Of a DNA stretch of 64,000 nucleotides, positions 19,184 through 29,148 are shown piece after piece (the first letter of the stretch is position 1; every line of letters begins with the position of its first letter). The DNA lies in NCBI GenBank assembly GCA_963664115.2, contig CAXWPJ010000002.1:416001-480000 (forward strand), written 5' to 3'. The translations under genes and the position numbers were made by a program. Source of the stretch: Terriglobia bacterium. GTDB lineage: Bacteria; Acidobacteriota; Terriglobia; 20CM-2-55-15. A model generated the notes under the pieces. The model was not told the DNA's origin. It did no database searches and worked only from the letters and a program-made list of their open reading frames with translations.

Positions 19184-19465
19184 TCAGCGGCCCCGGTTCA
19201 CGGCCTTTTTCAAACCCGCACCCGGTGAAAATTTGGCGACCTTTCGTGCTGGGATCTTCAGGCTGGCACCTGTCTGCGGGTTGCGTCCTGTTCGAGCGTT
19301 CCTCTTCCCAACCGAAAAAGTGCCAAAACCGACAAGGGTTACCTTGCCGCCTTTTTTGAGCGCACCTTGAATCCCGTTCAGAGCCGAATTCAGAGCGTTT
19401 GTGGCCTGCGTTTTCGACAATTTCGCATCTTTAGCTATGCGTTCGACCAACTCACCCTTGTTCAT
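19184..19465 (-). CDS. hup: DNA-binding protein HU
   Basis: MNKGELV...VTLVGFGTF...RTGRNPQTG..LKIPA; AGGAGG RBS before ATG 19465. Confidence 0.95.
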   Translation of the reverse strand: MNKGELVERIAKDAKLSKTQATNALNSALNGIQGALKKGGKVTLVGFGTFSVGKRNARTGRNPQTGASLKIPARKVAKFSPGAGLKKAVNRGR

Positions 19466-19548
19466 GGCAGCCTCCTGAAGAGCGTCTTGAATTCGTAGCC
19501 TCCGGGCTACGCCAACGGGCCGCCTTATGTCCCAACGGCACCGGGCGC

Positions 19549-19577
19549 GTTTTACCATAGGGTGTATGGCATGTCAA
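19549..19577 (-). promoter_or_regulatory. Putative sigma70 promoter of the HU gene
   Basis: TTGACA-17 nt-TAAAAC with an upstream TG extension on the minus strand. Confidence 0.55.
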
Positions 19578-19736
19578 GGAAGACAACCCCGTCCCGATTA
19601 GCTGGAGAACTGCTTGTAACGATAGGACAAACCATGGCTCGGAACCGAGTAATAACGCTGGGCCCACGTCTCCTGTAATCCCCCGATGCAGGAAATTCCA
19701 GACAAGAGTCGGGCGGCCGGCCCGATGACAGTCCGT

Positions 19737-19790
19737 TTGGCATTGCGGTTGGCACTACGGTTGGCACTACGGTTGGCACTACGGTTGGCA
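19737..19790 (+). repeat. 12-bp tandem repeat (TTGGCACTACGG) x ~4.5
   Basis: Units at 19737 (variant), 19749, 19761, 19773 and a partial unit at 19785. Confidence 0.9.
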
Positions 19791-19806
19791 TGTTACAGTG
19801 AGGCCA

Positions 19807-20811
19807 ATGCGCCACACGATCACCTTGTTCCCGGGAGATGGCATCGGCCCGGAGGTATGCTCAGCCGTTGTCCGCATCATCGAAGCCACGGGCGTCGCCG
19901 TCACGTGGGAAGAACACGTTGTCGGCGCCGGGGCCCTGGCTACCGGAGGGACGACTCTGTCCAAGGACGCCCTCAATTCGGTCCGGCGAAACAAGGTGGC
20001 TTTGAAAGGACCCGTCGCCACCCCGATCGGCACAGGGTTCGAGAGCGTCAATGTCAGGCTCCGCAGGACACTCGAACTTTACGCCAACCTGCGTCCCGTA
20101 CGAAGCCTTCCAGGAGTCAGGTCCCGATACGGTGACATCGATCTGGTAATCGTTCGTGAAAACACGGAGGGCTTGTATTCAGGTCTGGAACACGAGGTCG
20201 TTCCAGGTGTTATCGAATCCCTCAAGATCATCACCGAATACGCGTCCACCCGGATCGCTGCATTCGCCTTCGACTACGCACAACGCAACGATCGAAAGAA
20301 AGTTACGGTAGTTCACAAGGCAAATATCATGAAGAAATCCGACGGACTCTTCAGGGAATGCTTCCGAAAGGTCGGCAGCTACTATCCCGATATCGAGCAG
20401 GACGAAAAAATCGTCGACAATACTGCCATGCAACTGGTTCTGAATCCGAACCAATTTGATGTCCTGGTGATGGAAAATCTGTACGGAGACATTCTTTCCG
20501 ATTTAGCCGCGGGCCTGGCCGGGGGTCTGGGCGTCGTTCCCGGATCGAACATCGGCGACAAGACGGCTGTCTTTGAAGCCGTACATGGAAGCGCTCCCGA
20601 CATCGCTGGAAAGAACCTGGCCAATCCGACAGCCCTGCTACGATCCGCCCTGCTGATGCTGGATTATATCGGTGAAGCCGATGCTGCCCAGCGAATCCAG
20701 ACCGCACTGGAAGCTGTTCTGGTCGAAGGAAAGGTCCGGACCGGCGACCTCGGCGGCAGCGCTTCTACCGATGAGTTCACCAACGCCATCATCGCCGCAC
20801 TTCCAGACTGA
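19807..20811 (+). CDS. Isocitrate/isopropylmalate dehydrogenase family (NAD-dependent IDH type)
   Basis: [42 protein letters not shown] and [12 protein letters not shown]. Confidence 0.92.
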   Translation: MRHTITLFPGDGIGPEVCSAVVRIIEATGVAVTWEEHVVGAGALATGGTTLSKDALNSVRRNKVALKGPVATPIGTGFESVNVRLRRTLELYANLRPVRSLPGVRSRYGDIDLVIVRENTEGLYSGLEHEVVPGVIESLKIITEYASTRIAAFAFDYAQRNDRKKVTVVHKANIMKKSDGLFRECFRKVGSYYPDIEQDEKIVDNTAMQLVLNPNQFDVLVMENLYGDILSDLAAGLAGGLGVVPGSNIGDKTAVFEAVHGSAPDIAGKNLANPTALLRSALLMLDYIGEADAAQRIQTALEAVLVEGKVRTGDLGGSASTDEFTNAIIAALPD

Positions 20812-20823
20812 AAAGAAGTCTCG

Positions 20824-20950
20824 GCACAGAATCACAGAGTAAATCACCGGACAAACCGCAAAGACGCTAAGACGCAAAGGTATTTGGTCCAACTCCCTAA
20901 AGATCTCCTTTGCGCCTTTGCTGTGAAAATTCTTCTCTGTTTCTCTGGGG
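20824..20950. repeat. Nested palindromic REP-like element, copy 2
   Basis: CACAGAATCACAGAG...ACCGCAAAGACGCTAAG...CTTTGCGCCTTTGCTGTG...CTCTGTTTCTCTG between convergent genes. Confidence 0.6.
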
Positions 20951-20960
20951 TTGATCCCTG

Positions 20961-21692
20961 CTACAGAACGTGGCGGCCGCCATCGACGTGAAGGACTTCG
21001 CCGGTGATGTAGTCGTTTTCGATCAGAAATACGACGGCACGAACGACGTCTTCCGGATTCCCGGCGCGTTTCAGTAGTGTGCGATCGATCGCCAGTTGTT
21101 TCTGCTCTGGGGTGTAGGAGTCGGGAAACTGAACGGGTCCGGGAGCTACGGCGTTGACCTGCACCTCGGGCGCCAGCGCTTTTGCCAAGCCCTGGGTCAC
21201 TCCCAGCAAGGCCGCCTTCGACACACTGTAGGATAAATAGCCCGTCCAGATCTTTTCGCCCGCAGGATCCGCAACGTTCAGTATTTTTCCTCTTCCGGAT
21301 TCGCGCATCATAACTGCGCAGGATTGGGCGAGAAAGAACGGAGCTCGAGCATTTGCGTCCATCTGTTGATCCCACATCGCCGGTGTGCTTTCTTCGAGAG
21401 TCCCGGGGGCAAACTCCGAAGCATTGTTAACCAATATATCAACGGTCTCGAAGCGGGACCGGATTGCCCCGATCAGACTATCCCGGGATGAATCGTTTGC
21501 CAGGTCGGCCTGAAACATCTCACCGTCGGCTCCCAGCTCTCGCACCATCCTGAGAGTCTGGGCCGCATCCTCTTCGGACGACCGGTAATGGATGGCAAGT
21601 CGGGCACCCCGCCGGGCGAGTTCGACTGCGATGGCCCGGCCAATCCGTCGTGCGGAACCTGTCACCAGTGCAATGGAGTCGGATATCTGCAT
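20961..21692 (-). CDS. SDR oxidoreductase, pteridine reductase/FolM-like
   Basis: TGSARRIG (Arg in the Gly-rich motif), NNAS, YSVSK, VDGG. Confidence 0.88.
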   Translation of the reverse strand: MQISDSIALVTGSARRIGRAIAVELARRGARLAIHYRSSEEDAAQTLRMVRELGADGEMFQADLANDSSRDSLIGAIRSRFETVDILVNNASEFAPGTLEESTPAMWDQQMDANARAPFFLAQSCAVMMRESGRGKILNVADPAGEKIWTGYLSYSVSKAALLGVTQGLAKALAPEVQVNAVAPGPVQFPDSYTPEQKQLAIDRTLLKRAGNPEDVVRAVVFLIENDYITGEVLHVDGGRHVL

Positions 21693-21935
21693 TGTTAGAA
21701 AAGCGTCAAATTAAAACATACACTACGCTTCGCATGAAAGCAGTCGTGTTCCACCAGGACGACGAACCTGAGGAGTTAAAAACGGTGCAGCTGGATCTCT
21801 TCTGGTCGTTCCGATCTGGGTATATTTTTCGACCGCGATCCTTCTGTTAGGTGCTGATTTCACGCATGTCTATGCCGAACGCTACGGCCATAGCGTAATT
21901 CCGAAGGCCAACGCTATCCGGATCGACTGAGGAAG

Positions 21936-22889
21936 TTACGGGTTAAACGGGTTGGGTCCACGGCTCGAAAAAGGTGAAGACTCTTCTCCCGGGAATCCGG
22001 AAGTCTGAGGGGGAACCTGACCCGGAACAGATGTCGCTGCCGGGATCGTGCCGAATCCGGGAATCGCAATGAATTCCCATTCGCTGTACGTCGCGCGCTG
22101 GTTGTAGACCTTCAAGGAGGGGCTTTCGTTCGTGGGCGCAACACCCACAAGACCTCCACTGGCGAGAGGCTGGGACGCCCCCGCACCGCCGCCGCTCTGT
22201 TCGGGCCGCTGCCCCTGCCCTGTTCCCGGCTGAGTTTGTCCCGGAGGCCCCCCCCCACCTCGACCGACCTGACCGGCCTGTCCGAAGCCACCGGGAGCTG
22301 GGAACCCACCTCCAATGGGTGCGATCGCCTGGCCAAGGTTTGTCTGACCACCACCGGGTGGGCCGAATCCCTGTTGCTGTCCGAATCCAGAGCCGCCTTG
22401 AACACCATCACCACCGCCCCCGACACCCGCGCCACGGCCATTGTCTCCGGCATTGCCTCCTGTCTGAGAGGCACCACCAGCACCGAAGATTGGTGGCGTC
22501 CCTCCCTGAAAAAGTTCCGGATTGGCCCCTGGCTGCAACAATGTGGAACCATTGATCGAGCCGTCAGGGTTGACAGTGAGTAATCGAAAACTTTCTCCTG
22601 TGATGGGGTCGGTATAGGCGCGCCGCAAATATCGAATCCCGTTCGTTTCGATCAGAGCATCAAGGCTGGGAGGGTAAATTCCGATCTGGCGTTGGTACTT
22701 TTGAATCGCACGCACGTACTCCTGCCCTCGAAATATCAATTCTTCCTCGAGTTCCCTCTGCGCCTGGACGCGATAGACAGGCACAGACGCGGCAAGCACT
22801 ATGGACAATGCAGTGACGAAGATGATCAACGCCGCAAGCGCAAACCCTCTTTCATCTCTACGGGGCCAGTGCATTGGACGCGCTTTCAT
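21936..22889 (-). CDS. Minor (pseudo)pilin, GspK/PilX-like, with a long Gly/Gln/Pro-rich region
   Basis: Class III signal ERG|FALAA (no Glu5); EEELIFRG, YLRRAYTDPITG. Confidence 0.75.
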   Translation of the reverse strand: MKARPMHWPRRDERGFALAALIIFVTALSIVLAASVPVYRVQAQRELEEELIFRGQEYVRAIQKYQRQIGIYPPSLDALIETNGIRYLRRAYTDPITGESFRLLTVNPDGSINGSTLLQPGANPELFQGGTPPIFGAGGASQTGGNAGDNGRGAGVGGGGDGVQGGSGFGQQQGFGPPGGGQTNLGQAIAPIGGGFPAPGGFGQAGQVGRGGGGPPGQTQPGTGQGQRPEQSGGGAGASQPLASGGLVGVAPTNESPSLKVYNQRATYSEWEFIAIPGFGTIPAATSVPGQVPPQTSGFPGEESSPFSSRGPNPFNP

Positions 22890-23461
22890 TGGGTGATTAA
22901 GGGAAGACGCTGACGGCGTCCGAACTCGAGATCTTCGACCTCGACAAACTCTTCCGTGATCGTGTTGATTCGATATCGCCCCATTACGACATCCTGGGCG
23001 GAAACAACAAATGATCTCTCAGAGTCGAACAAGAGGGCCGTTATTTCACTATTCAGATCTACAAAGGCGTAGCCGTTGTACCGGAATGGAATTGGGGGCG
23101 GTGGAGGTGTGGATGGAGGCGCGACAACGGCAGTAGCTTGGGTGGAATCTCCAGGCTCAGGCGTTAATGCCAAGGGTACATCTGAGGGAGAGGCCTGCGG
23201 TGCGGGCTCGGAACCATACTGAAAAGGGTTTCTCCCGGGTCCATCGTCAAGAACGGACACCTCATTCAAGCGATCGGCTGCCATGCCTTCTGTCGCCAGA
23301 GCATCAACCCTGCCAGGCCCTGATACGGTTGCGGCATCAATAACGCTTGCGGGTGCGGATGACCTCCCAGGGTAGAACTGGCTCCCCACCCAGACAGTGG
23401 CCGCCAGGACGACCAGCAGGATGAACAAGATCTTGAAACGTTGGCGGTCGTTAGGATCCAT
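22886..23461 (-). CDS. Pilus assembly protein, PilP/GspC-like (by position)
   Basis: N-terminal TM, RNPFQY, Pro-rich linker, small beta domain; overlaps both neighbours. Confidence 0.6.
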   Translation of the reverse strand: MDPNDRQRFKILFILLVVLAATVWVGSQFYPGRSSAPASVIDAATVSGPGRVDALATEGMAADRLNEVSVLDDGPGRNPFQYGSEPAPQASPSDVPLALTPEPGDSTQATAVVAPPSTPPPPPIPFRYNGYAFVDLNSEITALLFDSERSFVVSAQDVVMGRYRINTITEEFVEVEDLEFGRRQRLPLITQ

Positions 23462-24017
23462 AGGAAAAGAACGTCGTTAGATTGAGCGACAGATCGAGGT
23501 CATCGGGTCCAGCCGCTTGAGAAACATTCAGGCCGATGGAATCCAAAATAAAGACTCTATCGAATCCTTCCAGCTCCCGGATGAACCGGGTGACCGCTTC
23601 GTACGGGCCCTGAACAGGAATGTTGATCCTCACCGAGTAAACTCCAAACTCGGGAACAGGGTCCAGATCGTATTGCACCTGATTGCGGCGAATCCCAGCG
23701 ATCTGGGCCAATTGCTCCAGATCGGGCAGGACAGCAGCAAACCCTTCGTCCCGAGGCACTGTCCTTGCTGCCAGGAATCGAAGGCGTTCCCTCCGGGAAC
23801 TATCCAACTGGCTCTCGGCATCCTGAAGGCTTTCCAGTCTCTCGACCCGATCAACACTCTCCTGTCGCAGCCGTTCGATGGAACCTTCCAGGCTCAGATA
23901 GTCGGCCCGAACAGGAAGAAACAGGATCAAAAAAGACAGGATTGAAACGGCGCCGAATATAGCGACGACACTGCCAAATACATATTGTTGTTTCTTCCGC
24001 CTGTATGTCCGGTTCAT
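23451..24017 (-). CDS. pilO: PilO/GspM-like protein
   Basis: TM + coiled coil + VQGPYEAVTRFIRELE ferredoxin-like domain; follows pilN. Confidence 0.75.
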   Translation of the reverse strand: MNRTYRRKKQQYVFGSVVAIFGAVSILSFLILFLPVRADYLSLEGSIERLRQESVDRVERLESLQDAESQLDSSRRERLRFLAARTVPRDEGFAAVLPDLEQLAQIAGIRRNQVQYDLDPVPEFGVYSVRINIPVQGPYEAVTRFIRELEGFDRVFILDSIGLNVSQAAGPDDLDLSLNLTTFFSYGS

Positions 24018-24595
24018 TCGGCCACACTCGCCCCAGGCATGTACTGGACCGTCATCGTCAGTTGAATCTCCGAAAGTCCATCAGCACCACCGCGCGCTTC
24101 GCTCGACACCGCAACATCCCGGAAAGTGTCAGTGCCTTCCAGGTCTCGAATGAACTGACTCAGTGCATCAATGGTTTGACCTCTCGCTTCCAGACGCACC
24201 AACACCTCTCCAGATTCGCCGATCGCTGGCTCGAGCGCCACCAGATAGACAGCCCGCGGTATGACTCGTTCGATCTCCTTCAGCAGGAGCGACCAGGAAA
24301 ACCGTTGTCGCTCTATAACCGCGTTCAGGAACCGGACCTCATCGATTTCGGCCAGCGCCTCCGGCCGCCTGAGGCGTCCGTCAATATCTTCAATCTGATC
24401 CCCGAGCGACTCCCACTCGACCCGCACTTCCTGTTCGATCGCAGCTAACCCTCGGACTTCTTCGACATACCCACGCAAGCTGAGCATCTGCCATGCGGAA
24501 AACGCCAAGGTCAGCACGACAACTCCACTGAGCAGAATGTTGGCTGTCCTGTAGTGGGGGAACGGGGTTTTCGAAAGGTTCAGATGATATTTCAT
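24014..24595 (-). CDS. pilN: PilN-like protein
   Basis: LNLSKTPF N-terminal motif, TM, coiled coil, SWS.LL.EIE..IP. Confidence 0.78.
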   Translation of the reverse strand: MKYHLNLSKTPFPHYRTANILLSGVVVLTLAFSAWQMLSLRGYVEEVRGLAAIEQEVRVEWESLGDQIEDIDGRLRRPEALAEIDEVRFLNAVIERQRFSWSLLLKEIERVIPRAVYLVALEPAIGESGEVLVRLEARGQTIDALSQFIRDLEGTDTFRDVAVSSEARGGADGLSEIQLTMTVQYMPGASVAE

Positions 24596-25470
24596 GACGA
24601 CAACTGAAGGACGCCGAGCGCAGCTTTATACACATCTCCCAGTTCGGACGAATGAAGTCGCTTAATCTGAACGCCGATACGTCCGGCCATTTCTTCCTCT
24701 TCTGATTCTACAATTCCTTCTCCGCAGATGAGGGCCTGACCCAGCCCGCTGCCTCCGAGTCTGTCCTGGTAGTACATCAGCGTCGGGTAAACGGCGGCAT
24801 AGAGCGGTCCAAGTGCCACTTTCCTGTAAAAGCGAAGCGTCCCACCCATCACGATCGATGTCGTCACTGACGTTGGATTCTTCTTAACGAACAAGACATC
24901 ACCGTTAACATCCCCCAGCAGGTTGAGCGAAGCCATCGTGGACGGGCCGAGGACTCCGGCATGCAATCCCAGTGATTCGACCGCTTCCTGATACTGCTCG
25001 GCTATAAGCTTTCGCGACATCGCAACGAGCAAAGCTACGCTCCCGTTCTGTCTGAGGATCTGATACGCGACCTGGGCAGAATCGACATCGAAAGGCACGT
25101 TCTTTTTCAACTTCCATCGGATGATCGCGCGGCGTTCGGCGTCTGCGTCCGGGAGGGAATCGACGTTGAGGAATGCGACTCGCACGGCCTCGTCCGGAAT
25201 CACAAGGCACAACTCGGAACCCGAAAAGCTGGCTCCGTCGAGCGCTGTCTTGACCGCATCGCGAACCGCCCCGGTATCGATGATATTCGGCTCTCTGAGA
25301 TCCCCTATAAGGGCTCCCACACCAAGTGGCGCCACCGCGCGGGAGACTATCGTCCGGCGATCCGGCGATGCCTGAATCGCGACAACATGGCTCGTCGTGA
25401 GTTCCACCGCCCATAGAGGCACGTCAGGATCGAACAGACCCACGACGCCTGAAAGGAAACCTCTCGTCAA
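24592..25470 (-). CDS. pilM: PilM-like actin-fold pilus assembly protein
   Basis: Lies between the ATPase and pilN; IRWKLKKNVPFD segment. Confidence 0.7.
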   Translation of the reverse strand: MTRGFLSGVVGLFDPDVPLWAVELTTSHVVAIQASPDRRTIVSRAVAPLGVGALIGDLREPNIIDTGAVRDAVKTALDGASFSGSELCLVIPDEAVRVAFLNVDSLPDADAERRAIIRWKLKKNVPFDVDSAQVAYQILRQNGSVALLVAMSRKLIAEQYQEAVESLGLHAGVLGPSTMASLNLLGDVNGDVLFVKKNPTSVTTSIVMGGTLRFYRKVALGPLYAAVYPTLMYYQDRLGGSGLGQALICGEGIVESEEEEMAGRIGVQIKRLHSSELGDVYKAALGVLQLSS

Positions 25471-27092
25471 ATGAAAGTCACCTTGTTGATCTCCTTGAGA
25501 GTCGTCACACCTGCCAGAACCTTCGACAGAGCGGACTCCCTCAGGGAGATCATTCCCTGATCGTGCGCTGCCCGTTTGATCTCGGCAGTCGGTCTTCGAT
25601 CAACGATCATTTCTCGAATCGTGTCGGACAGGTCCAATAACTCGTATATCGCTGTGCGGCCCCGGTATCCCGTCCCGTTGCATTCCAGGCAGCCTTCGGC
25701 TTCATAAAAGTCGGTTGTCGCATATTGATCGACGCTCAGGTTGGAATCCAGCAGCGTCTCGGCGGAATAGCGTACGGCTTTCTTACAATTCGCGCAGATC
25801 ACCCGGATCAGGCGCTGAGCCAGAATGCAGTTGAGTGCAGAAACAAAATTGTATGGATCCACGCCCATGTTCAGAAAGCGTCCCAGAACGTCAACGACGT
25901 TATTGGCGTGTACAGTGGTGAAGACCAGATGTCCGGTCAGCGCTGATTGGATCGCAATCTGGGCGGTCTCCATGTCACGGATCTCTCCGACCATCACCTT
26001 GTCGGGATCGTGGCGCAGGATGGAACGCAATCCGCGTGAAAACGTGAGACCTTTCTTTTCATTCACAGGAATCTGAGTGATCCCGTTGATTTCATATTCA
26101 ACAGGGTCTTCGATCGTGATGATTTTATCTTCGTCGTTGCGTATCTCCATCAAAGCGGCGTAGAGCGTCGTCGTCTTGCCGCTACCTGTAGGTCCTGTAA
26201 CGAGAACCATGCCGTAGGGCTCGTTGATGTAACGACGGAACTGACACATCTCTTCTTCGGCAAAGCCCACGACATCCAGGCTCAGTGTTCGGAACTCCTC
26301 GTTGATCGATTCCTTGTCGAGAATCCGGATTACCGCGTCCTCGCCGTGAATCGAGGGCATGATCGAGACGCGAAAGTCTATCGACCGTCCCTTGTAGCGG
26401 GTCTTGAACCGACCGTCCTGCGGCACACGTTTTTCAGAAATATCCAGTTCCGACATCACCTTGATACGGGAAATAATCGTCTGGTGATGTTCCTTGTCGA
26501 TGGGGTCCATCGCGAAGCCCAGATTACCGTCGACGCGATACTTGACCACGACTTCCGACGCCCGGGTTTCGATATGAATATCACTCGCTCGACGTCCCAG
26601 AGCTGTGAAGATAATCGTATCGACCAGGCGGATAATCGGACTGGACTCTCCCTGAGTGAGGCTCTCTATCGTCATCGTCTGATCCGCACCATCGTCATCA
26701 CGGATCAGATCGAGCCTGAAGCCCTCAGTCGCTTCGTCGAGCACCCGCTGCGTGGACTCCGATTTCTTGAGGAGTTCGCTGATTTCAGACTGCGCCGCGA
26801 CCTTTATGACAAGGGGCTTGTCGAGAAGCGAAGTAAGCTCGTCCACTTCGACAAGATCACTGGGATCGGCCATGGCAATAACGAGGGAAGCCCCCTCCAT
26901 GGAGAGCGGTACAAAGTTGTAGCGGAACATCAGATCGACGGGCGTCGAGCGCAGCAACTCCACATCCAGGTGAGCGTCTTCAAGATCGACGAATTCGTAT
27001 CGGTAACGCTCGGCAAGGGCTCGCGCCTGTTCAGGCCCACTCTCTTCCCTGCTGGAACTATCGACAGGAACGACGGATTCTTTGTCTTGCAT
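25467..27092 (-). CDS. GspE/PilB-family assembly ATPase (intact)
   Basis: ASDIH, GPTGSGKTTT, TIEDPVE, LRHDPD..MVGEIRD, TGHLVFTTVHAN and two CxxC. Confidence 0.95.
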   Translation of the reverse strand: MQDKESVVPVDSSSREESGPEQARALAERYRYEFVDLEDAHLDVELLRSTPVDLMFRYNFVPLSMEGASLVIAMADPSDLVEVDELTSLLDKPLVIKVAAQSEISELLKKSESTQRVLDEATEGFRLDLIRDDDGADQTMTIESLTQGESSPIIRLVDTIIFTALGRRASDIHIETRASEVVVKYRVDGNLGFAMDPIDKEHHQTIISRIKVMSELDISEKRVPQDGRFKTRYKGRSIDFRVSIMPSIHGEDAVIRILDKESINEEFRTLSLDVVGFAEEEMCQFRRYINEPYGMVLVTGPTGSGKTTTLYAALMEIRNDEDKIITIEDPVEYEINGITQIPVNEKKGLTFSRGLRSILRHDPDKVMVGEIRDMETAQIAIQSALTGHLVFTTVHANNVVDVLGRFLNMGVDPYNFVSALNCILAQRLIRVICANCKKAVRYSAETLLDSNLSVDQYATTDFYEAEGCLECNGTGYRGRTAIYELLDLSDTIREMIVDRRPTAEIKRAAHDQGMISLRESALSKVLAGVTTLKEINKVTFI

Positions 27093-27121
27093 GACGCCTT
27101 ATCCGAAAGAGGGGCCCATGG

Positions 27122-28324
27122 CTAGAGAGCCCGGGAACCAATGCTGAAAATGGGCAGATACAGTGAAACCAAAATCGCTGCAACGAAACCCGCTACGAAG
27201 ATCAGAATGACCGGCTCAACCCAGCTGAGTAAAGAGGTCAACCTCAAATCCAGATCTTCGTCGTAAAAATCTGCGACATGATTCAACATGTCGGGCAATG
27301 CGCCAGTCTGCTCGCCCACCTGAATCATTTCGAGAGCCAACTCCGGAAACCGCCCTGTCGCCTCCAGCGAATCGGCCAGAGACATGCCTTCACGAACGCG
27401 GGCCGTCCCCGCTCGGATCGCTGCGGCAATCACGCGATTGCCCGAGGATTCGTGCGCGACCTCGAGCGCGGAAACCAGGGGGATTCCGCCTGACAAGAGC
27501 GTAGAGAGGGTCCGCGAGAGCTGGGCAATCGCAAACATAGACCAAATCGTCCCAAGAACGGGCACACGAAGCTTGAGGTCATCGATCCAGACGCGACCGC
27601 CAGTGGAACTCCTCCACACCCTGAAGATGATGAAGAGTCCAACGACCAGGGGTATCCCCAGAATCAAACTGCTTTGTATGACTCCGGAAACCGCGATCAA
27701 CACCTGGGTCGGAAACGGCAACGCCGCTCCCAGGCCTTCGTAGAGCTCTGCGAATCGCGGAATGACATAGCCGAGGATCACCCCAACCATCACTATAGAA
27801 AGGACAACCAGAAACGCCGGATAGATCAATGAATTGCGGAATTTCTTGCTGGCACTCAGGATAATCCTCTCGTAACGAATGTAGCGTTGGATGACCTCTT
27901 CCAGGTTACCGCTGCGTTCGCCCGCGAAGACAGACGCCGTATAAACCTTCGGAAAGACACCCTCCTCTTCGAGCGCTGCCGATAAATCAATACCGGAATG
28001 TACCCGATCCCGTACTTTCTCAATGTGGGAGCGAAGGCTCGGGTTGGCGATCCGGTTCCGGAGCAGATCGAGGGATCGGAGAATCGGTAATCCTGCTCGT
28101 ATCAGTGCAACGAATTGCTGATTGAAAGCAATAAAGTCCTGAGACGTGAAACCTTGTGCTTTGGCGCGACCCAGCGCAGGCAGTGACCAGATCTTGGCCT
28201 TGATAGAGAGAGGCAGGAAACCCTGTTCGCGAATTCTTGTGCGAACTTCCTCGGCAGTCTGCCCGACATACACCTCTCGGACGACCCCACCGTTTGGCTT
28301 GGAATACCTGCAGTTGAATTCCAT
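27122..28324 (-). CDS. GspF/PilC platform protein (copy 1)
   Basis: AGERSGNL, LIYP, LPFPT, VGEQTGAL, EP..I and LYLPIF. Confidence 0.93.
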   Translation of the reverse strand: MEFNCRYSKPNGGVVREVYVGQTAEEVRTRIREQGFLPLSIKAKIWSLPALGRAKAQGFTSQDFIAFNQQFVALIRAGLPILRSLDLLRNRIANPSLRSHIEKVRDRVHSGIDLSAALEEEGVFPKVYTASVFAGERSGNLEEVIQRYIRYERIILSASKKFRNSLIYPAFLVVLSIVMVGVILGYVIPRFAELYEGLGAALPFPTQVLIAVSGVIQSSLILGIPLVVGLFIIFRVWRSSTGGRVWIDDLKLRVPVLGTIWSMFAIAQLSRTLSTLLSGGIPLVSALEVAHESSGNRVIAAAIRAGTARVREGMSLADSLEATGRFPELALEMIQVGEQTGALPDMLNHVADFYDEDLDLRLTSLLSWVEPVILIFVAGFVAAILVSLYLPIFSIGSRAL

Positions 28325-28361
28325 ACATTACCTACAGGCAAGCACTAAAGAAGCAGGAGAG

Positions 28362-29051
28362 CTACTGTGCGATTCCCTCCACAATCTCAGTTCCGGCCGG
28401 GAGCAAAAACTCGAACAACGAACGATCCAGACCGCTATTGGTTTCGACTCGGTCGAAAACGAACTCCATAACGGAATTATCCGCATAGGTCATCCGGACT
28501 CTCCGGATGTCGAAAGTCGCAGGATCCACGTCCAGGACCACTTCGTCGACGTCGGATTCCCGCCGCGGAACCATCCGGAGGACCGCTGCGCCAGGCACTC
28601 TAGGGGGAATCCCCACCGGATTCAATGCGATACTTGTGAACTCGCTTTCGAGATCCGACCGGCCGAGGAGGAACATGATGGGAATCCTGTCATCGTAGCC
28701 CTCACCCAACCTGTCACGGTTCACCTGCTGCTGGGACGGAACGTAGAGATAGGCCGTGTCACCATCGGTCACGAAGAGCTTCTCCTCCGGGCTCCGATAC
28801 TCCCACCGCATCATCCTGGGCCGCCTCAGATATAAATGACCCTCCTCCTCTATGGTTTCGTTCAATGAATCTTCATAAATCTGCAAAAAATCGGCGGACA
28901 TGTCGTTCATGCCTTCGAGTTTCTCCCGAACGCCGTCCAATAAAGCCACGAGACCGAGCGATTGTCCCCGGGCGCTGGGAGACAACACCAGTAACACCGC
29001 CACAAGCGTCGCCAGCGCGGGAAGGAACGTTCTTGGGCCATTGAAGCTCAT
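28362..29051 (-). CDS. lolA: Outer-membrane lipoprotein carrier LolA family
   Basis: ADFLQ, GHLYLRRPRMMRWEY..PEEKLFVTDG, LFEF..P.G. Confidence 0.85.
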   Translation of the reverse strand: MSFNGPRTFLPALATLVAVLLVLSPSARGQSLGLVALLDGVREKLEGMNDMSADFLQIYEDSLNETIEEEGHLYLRRPRMMRWEYRSPEEKLFVTDGDTAYLYVPSQQQVNRDRLGEGYDDRIPIMFLLGRSDLESEFTSIALNPVGIPPRVPGAAVLRMVPRRESDVDEVVLDVDPATFDIRRVRMTYADNSVMEFVFDRVETNSGLDRSLFEFLLPAGTEIVEGIAQ

Positions 29052-29148
29052 GAAAACAGTCTAACCCAGATATATAAAGAATCGTTGTGATCGGGATGGC
29101 TGCGGGTTCGGAGGCAAGAGGACAGCGGGTGCGGGGAACGGGCGGGTA

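Noticed and set aside
19737-19790. CRISPR array or true sigma54 promoter in the 12-bp repeat
   Set aside because: There are no spacers or cas genes, and the -12 position reads TTGG, so the GG-N10-GC spacing is off by one.
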